From the NCBI GenBank assembly GCA_964057225.1, contig OZ059895.1, positions 20,398,001-20,462,000 on the forward strand: 64,000 nt of DNA, written 5' to 3'. Every line of letters starts with the position of its first letter. The stretch's first letter is position 1. The stretch comes from Auanema rhodensis. Lineage: Eukaryota; Animalia; Nematoda. The translations under genes and the position numbers were made by a program. This document shows positions 53,701 through 64,000 of the stretch, in pieces. The notes under the pieces were generated by a model, which did not search any database, had not been told where the DNA came from, and saw only the letters and a list, made by a program, of their open reading frames with translations.

Positions 53701-56700
53701 GCTAATTGAGTGTACACATGATGTGCACTTGGTATGTAACTCGCTTCAAGTGAAAGATAAAGAGATGCGGTTTTCAAAATTAGATTTCGCATGTCCATAT
53801 TAGTCTAAAAACAAATTTTTATTGATATTGGTGCATGGTAACCATGACTTTGAAATTTACGTGAACTTTAATTTATGCTAATTAAGTGTACACGTGATGT
53901 GCACTTGGTATGTAACTCGCTTCACGTCAAAGATAAAGAGATGCGGTTTTCAAAATTAGATTTCGCATGTCCATATAAGTCTAAAAACAAATTTTTATTG
54001 ATATTGGTGCATGGTAACCATGACTTTGAAATTTACGTGAACTTTAATTTATGCTAATTAAGTGTACACATGCTGTGCACTTGGTATGTAACTCGCTTCA
54101 CGTCAAAGATAAAGAGATGCGGTTTTCAAAATTAGATTCCCCATGTCCATATTAGTCTAAAAACAAATTTTTATTAATATTGGTGCATGGTAACCATGAC
54201 TTTGAAATTTACGTGAACTTTAATTTATGCTAATTAAGTGTACACGTGATGTGCACTTGGTATGTAACTTGCTTCACGTGAAAGATAAAGAGATGCGGTT
54301 TTCAAAATTAGATTTCGCATGTCCATATTAGTCTAAAAACAAATTTTTATTGATATTGGTGCATGGTAACCATGACTTTGAAATTTACGTGAACTTTAAT
54401 TTATGCTAATTAAGTGTACACATGATGTGCACTTGGTATGTAACTCGCTTCAAGTGAAAGATAAAGAGATGCGGTTTTCAAAATTAGATTTCGCATGTCC
54501 ATATTAGTCTAAAAACAAATTTTTATTGATATTGGTGCATGGTAACCATGACTTTAAAATTTACGTGAACTTTAATTTATGCTAATTTAGTGTACACATG
54601 ATGTGCACTTGGTATGTAACTCGCTTCACGTCAAAGATAAAGAGATGCGGTTTTCAAAATTAGATTCCCCATGTCCATATTAGTCTAAAAACAAATTTTT
54701 ATTGATATTGGTGGATGGTAACCATGACTTTGAAATTTACGTGAACTTTAATTTATGCTAATTAAGTGCACACATGATGTGCACTTGGTATGTAACTCGC
54801 TTCACGTGAAAGATAAAGGGATGCGGTTTTCAAAATTAGATTTCGCATGTCCATTTTAGTCTAAAAACAAATTGTTATTGATATTGGTGCATGGTAACCA
54901 TGACTTTGAAATTTACGTGAACTTTAATTTATGCTAATTAAGTGTACACATGATGTGCACTTGGTATGTAACTCGCTTCAAGTGAAAGATAAAGAGATGC
55001 GGTTTCCAAAATTAGATTTCGCATGTCCATATTAGTCTAAAAACAAATTTTTATTGATATTGGTGCATGGTAACCATGACTTTAAAATTTACGTGAACTT
55101 TAATTTATGCTAATTAAGTGTACACATGATGTGCACTTGGTATGTAACTCGCTTCACGTCAAAGATAAAGAGATGCGGTTTTCAAAATTAGATTCCCCAT
55201 GTCCATATTAGTCTAAAAACAAATTTTTATTGATATTGGTGGATGGTAATCATGACTTTGAAATTTACGTGAACTTTAATTTATGCTAATTAAGTGCACA
55301 CATGATGTGCACTTGGTATGTAACTCGCTTCACGTCAAAGATAAAGAGATGCGGTTTTCAAAATTAGATTCCCCATGTCCATATTAGTCTAAAAACAAAT
55401 TTTTATTGATATTGGTGGATGGTAACCATGACTTTGAAATTTACGTGAACTTTAATTTATGCTAATTAAGTGCACACATGATGTGCACTTGGTATGTAAC
55501 TCGCTTCACGTGAAAGATAAAGGGATGCGGTTTTCAAAATTAGATTTCGCATGTCCATATTAGTCTAAAAACAAATTGTTATTGATATTGGTGCATGGTA
55601 ACCATGACTTTAAAATTTACGTGAACTTTAATTTATGCTAATTAAGTGTACACATGATGTGCACTTGGTATGTAACTCGCTTCAAGTGAAAGATAAAGAG
55701 ATGCGGTTTTCAAAATTAGATTTCGCATGTCCATATTAGTCTAAAAACAAATTTTTATTGATATTGGTGCATGGTAACCATGACTTTGAAATTTACGTGA
55801 ACTTTAATTTATGCTAATTAAGTGTACACGTGATGTGCACTTGGTATGTAACTCGCTTCACGTCAAAGATAAAGAGATGCGGTTTTCAAAATTAGATTTC
55901 GCATGTCCATATAAGTCTAAAAACAAATTTTTATTGATATTGGTGCATGGTAACCATGACTTTGAAATTTACGTGAACTTTAATTTATGCTAATTAAGTG
56001 TACACATGCTGTGCACTTGGTATGTAACTCGCTTCACGTCAAAGATAAAGAGATGCGGTTTTCAAAATTAGATTCCCCATGTCCATATTAGTCTAAAAAC
56101 AAATTTTTATTAATATTGGTGCATGGTAACCATGACTTTGAAATTTACGTGAACTTTAATTTATGCTAATTAAGTGTACACGTGATGTGCACTTGGTATG
56201 TAACTTGCTTCACGTGAAAGATAAAGAGATGCGGTTTTCAAAATTAGATTTCGCATGTCCATATTAGTCTAAAAACAAATTTTTATTGATATTGGTGCAT
56301 GGTAACCATGACTTTGAAATTTACGTGAACTTTAATTTATGCTAATTAAGTGTACACATGATGTGCACTTGGTATGTAACTCGCTTCAAGTGAAAGATAA
56401 AGAGATGCGGTTTTCAAAATTAGATTTCGCATGTCCATATTAGTCTAAAAACAAATTTTTATTGATATTGGTGCATGGTAACCATGACTTTAAAATTTAC
56501 GTGAACTTTAATTTATGCTAATTTAGTGTACACATGATGTGCACTTGGTATGTAACTCGCTTCACGTCAAAGATAAAGAGATGCGGTTTTCAAAATTAGA
56601 TTCCCCATGTCCATATTAGTCTAAAAACAAATTTTTATTGATATTGGTGGATGGTAACCATGACTTTGAAATTTACGTGAACTTTAATTTATGCTAATTA

Positions 56701-57930
56701 AGTGCACACATGATGTGCACTTGGTATGTAACTCGCTTCACGTGAAAGATAAAGGGATGCGGTTTTCAAAATTAGATTTCGCATGTCCATTTTAGTCTAA
56801 AAACAAATTGTTATTGATATTGGTGCATGGTAACCATGACTTTGAAATTTACGTGAACTTTAATTTATGCTAATTAAGTGTACACATGATGTGCACTTGG
56901 TATGTAACTCGCTTCAAGTGAAAGATAAAGAGATGCGGTTTCCAAAATTAGATTTCGCATGTCCATATTAGTCTAAAAACAAATTTTTATTGATATTGGT
57001 GCATGGTAACCATGACTTTAAAATTTACGTGAACTTTAATTTATGCTAATTAAGTGTACACATGATGTGCACTTGGTAAGTAACTCGCTTCACGTCAAAG
57101 ATAAAGAGATGCGGTTTTCAAAATTAGATTCCCCATGTCCATATTAGTCTAAAAACAAATTTTTATTGATATTGGTGGATGGTAATCATGACTTTGAAAT
57201 TTACGTGAACTTTAATTTATGCTAATTAAGTGCACACATGATGTGCACTTGGTATGTAACTCGCTTCACGTCAAAGATAAAGAGATGCGGTTTTCAAAAT
57301 TAGATTCCCCATGTCCATATTAGTCTAAAAACAAATTTTTATTGATATTGGTGGATGGTAACCATGACTTTGAAATTTACGTGAACTTTAATTTATGCTA
57401 ATTAAGTGCACACATGATGTGCACTTGGTATGTAACTCGCTTCACGTGAAAGATAAAGGGATGCGGTTTTCAAAATTAGATTTCGCATGTCCATATTAGT
57501 CTAAAAACAAATTGTTATTGATATTGGTGCATGGTAACCATGACTTTAAAATTTACGTGAACTTTAATTTATGCTAATTAAGTGTACACATGATGTGCAC
57601 TTGGTATGTAACTCGCTTCAAGTGAAAGATAAAGAGATGCGGTTTTCAAAATTAGATTTCGCATGTCCATATTAGTCTAAAAACAAATTTTTATTGATAT
57701 TGGTGCATGGTAACCATGACTTTGAAATTTACGTGAACTTTAATTTATGCTAATTAAGTGTACACGTGATGTGCACTTGGTATGTAACTCGCTTCACGTC
57801 AAAGATAAAGAGATGCGGTTTTCAAAATTAGATTTCGCATGTCCATATAAGTCTAAAAACAAATTTTTATTGATATTGGTGCATGGTAACCATGACTTTG
57901 AAATTTACGTGAACTTTAATTTATGCTAAT
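53500..57930. repeat. SatC 11-mer HOR (1936 bp), slightly more than 2 copies
   Basis: ORF-type monomers lie at 53875, 55811 and 57747. Variants aacttgc (54270/56206) and ccatttta (54851/56787) recur at +1936. Confidence 0.88.
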
Positions 57931-60480
57931 TAAGTGTACACATGCTGTGCACTTGGTATGTAACTCGCTTCACGTCAAAGATAAAGAGATGCGGTTTTCA
58001 AAATTAGATTTCGCATGTCCATATAAGTCTAAAAACAAATTTTTATTGATATTGGTGCATGGTAACCATGACTTTAAAATTTACGTGAACTTTAATTTAT
58101 GCTAATTTAGTGTACACATGATGTGCACTTGGTATGTAACTCGCTTCACGTCAAAGATAAAGAGATGCGGTTTTCAAAATTAGATTTCGCATGTCCATAT
58201 AAGTCTCAAAACAAATTTTTATTGATATTGGTGCATGGTAACCATGACTTTGAAATTTACGTGAACTTTAATTTATGCTAATTAAGTGCACACATGATGT
58301 GCACTTGGTATGTAACTCGCTTCACGTCAAAGATAAAGAGATGCGGTTTTCAAAATTAGATTCCCCATGTCCATATTAGTCTAAAAACAAATTTTTATTG
58401 ATATTGGTGCATGGTAACCATGACTTTAAAATTTACGTGAACTTTAATTTATGCTAATTAAGTGTACACATGATGTGCACTTGGTATGTAACTCGCTTCA
58501 AGTGAAAGATAAAGAGATGCGGTTTTCAAAATTAGATTTCGCATGTCCATATTAGTCTAAAAACAAATTTTTATTGATATTGGTGCATGGTAACCATGAC
58601 TTTGAAATTTACGTGAACTTTAATTTATGCTAATTAAGTGTACACGTGATGTGCACTTGGTATGTAACTCGCTTCACGTCAAAGATAAAGAGATGCGGTT
58701 TTCAAAATTAGATTTCGCATGTCCATATAAGTCTAAAAACAAATTTTTATTGATATTGGTGCATGGTAACCATGACTTTGAAATTTACGTGAACTTTAAT
58801 TTATGCTAATTAAGTGTACACATGCTGTGCACTTGGTATGTAACTCGCTTCACGTCAAAGATAAAGAGATGCGGTTTTCAAAATTACATTCCCCATGTCC
58901 ATATTAGTCTAAAAACAAATTTTTATTAATATTGGTGCATGGTAACCATGACTTTGAAATTTACGTGAACTTTAATTTATGCTAATTAAGTGTACACATG
59001 ATGTGCACTTGGTATGTAACTCGCTTCAAGTGAAAGATAAAGAGATGCGGTTTTCAAAATTAGATTTCGCATGTCCATATTAGTCTAAAAACAAATTTTT
59101 ATTGATATTGGTGCATGGTAACCATGACTTTGAAATTTACGTGAACTTTAATTTATGCTAATTAAGTGTACACGTGATGTGCACTTGGTATGTAACTCGC
59201 TTCACGTCAAAGATAAAGAGATGCGGTTTTCAAAATTAGATTTCGCATGTCCATATAAGTCTAAAAACAAATTTTTATTGATATTGGTGCATGGTAACCA
59301 TGACTTTGAAATTTACGTGAACTTTAATTTATGCTAATTAAGTGTACACATGCTGTGCACTTGGTATGTAACTCGCTTCACGTCAAAGATAAAGAGATGC
59401 GGTTTTCAAAATTAGATTTCGCATGTCCATATAAGTCTAAAAACAAATTTTTATTGATATTGGTGCATGGTAACCATGACTTTAAAATTTACGTGAACTT
59501 TAATTTATGCTAATTTAGTGTACACATGATGTGCACTTGGTATGTAACTCGCTTCACGTCAAAGATAAAGAGATGCGGTTTTCAAAATTAGATTTCGCAT
59601 GTCCATATAAGTCTCAAAACAAATTTTTATTGATATTGGTGCATGGTAACCATGACTTTGAAATTTACGTGAACTTTAATTTATGCTAATTAAGTGCACA
59701 CATGATGTGCACTTGGTATGTAACTCGCTTCACGTCAAAGATAAAGAGATGCGGTTTTCAAAATTAGATTCCCCATGTCCATATTAGTCTAAAAACAAAT
59801 TTTTATTGATATTGGTGCATGGTAACCATGACTTTAAAATTTACGTGAACTTTAATTTATGCTAATTAAGTGTACACATGATGTGCACTTGGTATGTAAC
59901 TCGCTTCAAGTGAAAGATAAAGAGATGCGGTTTTCAAAATTAGATTTCGCATGTCCATATTAGTCTAAAAACAAATTTTTATTGATATTGGTGCATGGTA
60001 ACCATGACTTTGAAATTTACGTGAACTTTAATTTATGCTAATTAAGTGTACACGTGATGTGCACTTGGTATGTAACTCGCTTCACGTCAAAGATAAAGAG
60101 ATGCGGTTTTCAAAATTAGATTTCGCATGTCCATATAAGTCTAAAAACAAATTTTTATTGATATTGGTGCATGGTAACCATGACTTTGAAATTTACGTGA
60201 ACTTTAATTTATGCTAATTAAGTGTACACATGCTGTGCACTTGGTATGTAACTCGCTTCACGTCAAAGATAAAGAGATGCGGTTTTCAAAATTACATTCC
60301 CCATGTCCATATTAGTCTAAAAACAAATTTTTATTAATATTGGTGCATGGTAACCATGACTTTGAAATTTACGTGAACTTTAATTTATGCTAATTAAGTG
60401 TACACATGATGTGCACTTGGTATGTAACTCGCTTCAAGTGAAAGATAAAGAGATGCGGTTTTCAAAATTAGATTTCGCAT
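57570..60480. repeat. SatC second 8-mer HOR (1408 bp), 2 copies
   Basis: ORF-type monomers pair at 57747/59155, 57923/59331 and 58627/60035. Variants aagtctcaaa (58201/59609) and attacatt (58883/60291) recur at +1408. Confidence 0.88.
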
Positions 60481-63400
60481 GTCCATATTAGTCTAAAAAC
60501 AAATTTTTATTGATATTGGTGGATGGTAACCATGACTTTGAAATTTACGTGAACTTCAATTTATGCTAATTAAGTGCACACATGATGTGCACTTGGTATG
60601 TAACTCGCTTCACGTGAAAGATAAAGAGATGCGGTTTTCAAAATTAGATTTCGCATGTCCATATTAGTCTAAAAACAAATTGTTATTGATATTGGTGCAT
60701 GGTAACCATGACTTTAAAATTTACGTGAACTTTAATTTATGCTAATTTAGTGTACACATGATGTGCACTTGGTATGTAACTCGCTTCACGTCGAAGATAA
60801 AGAGATGCGGTTTTCAAAATTAGATTCCCCATGTCCATATTAGTCTAAAAACAAATTTTTATTGATATTGGTGGATGGTAACCATGACTTTGAAATTTAC
60901 GTGAACTTTAATTTATGCTAATTAAGTGTACACATGATGTGCACTTGGTATGTAACTCGCTTCAAGTGAAAGATAAAGAGATGCGGTTTTCAAAATTAGA
61001 TTTCGCATGTCCATATTAGTCTAAAAACAAATTTTTATTGATATTGGTGCATGGTAACCATGACTTTAAAATTTACGTGAACTTTAATTTATGCTAATTT
61101 AGTGTACACATGATGTGCACTTGGTATGTAACTCGCTTCACGTCGAAGATAAAGAGATGCGGTTTTCAAAATTAGATTCCCCATGTCCATATTAGTCTAA
61201 AAACAAATTTTTATTGATATTGGTGGATGGTAACCATGACTTTGAAATTTACGTGAACTTTAATTTATGCTAATTAAGTGTACACATGATGTGCACTTGG
61301 TATGTAACTCGCTTCAAGTGAAAGATAAAGAGATGCGGTTTTCAAAATTAGATTTCGCATGTCCATATTAGTCTAAAAACAAATTTTTATTGATATTGGT
61401 GCATGGTAACCATGACTTTGAAAATTACGTGAACTTTAATTTATGCTAATTAAGTGTACACATGATGTGCACTTGGTATGTAACTCGCTTCAAGTGAAAG
61501 ATAAAGAGATGCGGTTTTCAAAATTAGATTCCCCATGTCCATATTAGTCTAAAAACAAATTTTTATTAATATTGGTGCATGGTAACCATGACTTTAAAAT
61601 TTACGTGAACTTTAATTTATGCTAATTAAGTGTACACGTGATGTGCACTTGGTATGTAACTCGCTTCACGTGAAAGATAAAGAGATGCGGTTTTCAAAAT
61701 TAGATTCCCCATGTCCATATTAGTCTAAAAACAAATTTTTATTGATATTGGTGCATGGTAACCATGACTTTAAAATTTACGTGAACTTTAATTTATGCTA
61801 ATTAAGTGCACACATGATGTGCACTTGGTATGTAACTCGCTTCACGTCAAAGATAAAGAGATGCGGTTTTCAAAATTAGATTTCGCATGTCCATATTAGT
61901 CTAAAAACAAATTTTTATTGATATTGGTGCATGGTAACCATGACTTTAAAATTTACGTGAACTTTAATTTATGCTAATTTAGTGTACACATGATGTGCAC
62001 TTGGTATGTAACTCGCTTCACGTCAAAGATAAAGAGATGCGGTTTTCAAAATTAGATTCCCCATGTCCATATTAGTCTAAAAACAAATTTTTATTGATAT
62101 TGGTGGATGGTAACCATGACTTTGAAATTTACGTGAACTTTAATTTATGCTAATTAAGTGCACACATGATGTGCACTTGGTATGTAACTCGCTTCACGTG
62201 AAAGATAAAGGGATGCGGTTTTCAAAATTAGATTTCGCATGTCCATTTTAGTCTAAAAACAAATTGTTATTGATATTGGTGCATGGTAACCATGACTTTA
62301 AAATTTACGTGAACTTTAATTTATGCTAATTAAGTGTACACATGATGTGCACTTGGTATGTAACTCGCTTCAAGTGAAAGATGAAGAGATGCGGTTTTCA
62401 AAATTAGATTTCGCATGTCCATATTAGTCTAAAAACAAATTTCTATTGATATTGGTGCATGGTAACCATGACTTTGAAAATTACGTGAACTTTAATTTAT
62501 GCTAATTAAGTGTACACGTGATGTGCACTTGGTATGTAACTCGCTTCACGTCAAAGATAAAGAGATGCGGTTTTCAAAATTAGATTTCGCATGTCCATAT
62601 AAGTCTCAAAACAAATTTTTATTGATATTGGTGCATGGTAACCATGACTTTGAAATTTACGTGAACTTTAATTTATGCTAATTAAGTGCACACATGATGT
62701 GCACTTGGTATGTAACTCGCTTCACGTGAAAGATAAAGGGATGCGGTTTTCAAAATTAGATTTCGCATGTCCATATTAGTCTAAAAACAAATTGTTATTG
62801 ATATTGGTGCATGGTAACCATGACTTTAAAATTTACGTGAACTTTAATTTATGCTAATTAAGTGTACACATGATGTGCACTTGGTATGTAACTCGCTTCA
62901 AGTGAAAGATAAAGAGATGCGGTTTTCAAAATTAGATTTCGCATGTCCATATTAGTCTAAAAACAAATTTTTATTGATATTGGTGCATGGTAACCATGAC
63001 TTTGAAATTTACGTGAACTTTAATTTATGCTAATTAAGTGTACACGTGATGTGCACTTGGTATGTAACTCGCTTCACGTCAAAGATAAAGAGATGCGGTT
63101 TTCAAAATTAGATTTCGCATGTCCATATAAGTCTAAAAACAAATTTTTATTGATATTGGTGCATGGTAACCATGACTTTGAAATTTACGTGAACTTTAAT
63201 TTATGCTAATTAAGTGTACACATGCTGTGCACTTGGTATGTAACTCGCTTCACGTCAAAGATAAAGAGATGCGGTTTTCAAAATTAGATTTCGCATGTCC
63301 ATATAAGTCTAAAAACAAATTTTTATTGATATTGGTGCATGGTAACCATGACTTTAAAATTTACGTGAACTTTAATTTATGCTAATTTAGTGTACACATG

Positions 63401-64000
63401 ATGTGCACTTGGTATGTAACTCGCTTCACGTCAAAGATAAAGAGATGCGGTTTTCAAAATTAGATTCCCCATGTCCATATTAGTCTAAAAACAAATTTTT
63501 ATTGATATTGGTGGATGGTAACCATGACTTTGAAATTTACGTGAACTTTAATTTATGCTAATTAAGTGCACACATGATGTGCACTTGGTATGTAACTCGC
63601 TTCACGTGAAAGATAAAGGGATGCGGTTTTCAAAATTAGATTTCGCATGTCCATATTAGTCTAAAAACAAATTGTTATTGATATTGGTGCATGGTAACCA
63701 TGACTTTAAAATTTACGTGAACTTTAATTTATGCTAATTAAGTGTACACATGATGTGCACTTGGTATGTAACTCGCTTCACGTCAAAGATAAAGAGATGC
63801 GGTTTTCAAAATTAGATTCCCCATGTCCATATTAGTCTAAAAACAAATTTTTATTGATATTGGTGGATGGTAATCATGACTTTGAAATTTACGTGAACTT
63901 TAATTTATGCTAATTAAGTGCACATATGATGTGCACTTGGTATGTAACTCGCTTCACGTCAAAGATAAAGAGATGCGGTTTTCAAAATTAGATTCCCCAT

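Larger units (their letters stand above)
36746..64000. repeat. Satellite array C: 176-bp monomer, ~155 copies (continues beyond the right edge of the window)
   Basis: The atgctaatt anchor stays in 176-bp phase. Every ORF start in the track from 37155 to 63203 differs by a multiple of 176 (63203-37155 = 148x176). Confidence 0.99.

Noticed and set aside
37155-63385. The recurring 60-aa ORFs (MLIKCT...VNFNLC) as a tandem gene family
   Set aside because: They are one reading frame of the 176-bp monomer, which is not a multiple of 3. The frame is open only when a TAG>AAG variant is present, and most monomers carry the stop. Adjacent ORFs overlap with no room for regulatory DNA, and I recognise no domain.
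1-64000. Tandem 5S rRNA, tRNA, snRNA or histone gene arrays; assignment to a named satellite or species
   Set aside because: I see no recognisable RNA-gene sequence, Pol III boxes or coding frames in any monomer. I do not recognise the monomers as a specific named satellite, and a database search would be needed.

Overview
This window contains no credible gene. It is entirely AT-rich eukaryotic satellite DNA, most likely centromeric or pericentromeric heterochromatin; the taxon cannot be assigned from the sequence alone. Three different tandem arrays are joined directly, with no transposon or unique DNA between them. SatA has a 351-bp monomer, about 66 copies, at 1-23127. SatB has 176/181/182-bp monomers at 23128-36745 and reverses orientation near 30.83 kb, forming a ~13.6-kb inverted structure. 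SatC has a 176-bp monomer, about 155 copies, at 36746-64000. SatA and SatC keep exact phase with no net indel, and all three arrays show higher-order repeats (HORs) whose period changes along the array. The most unusual signals are patchwork templated-insertion scars at the SatB inversion point and at 36.25-36.32 kb that recur at the same part of the monomer, convergence of all three families on 176 or ~2x176 bp, short motifs shared between families, and dense hairpin-forming dyads. All ORFs in the supplied track are by-products of the repeats.
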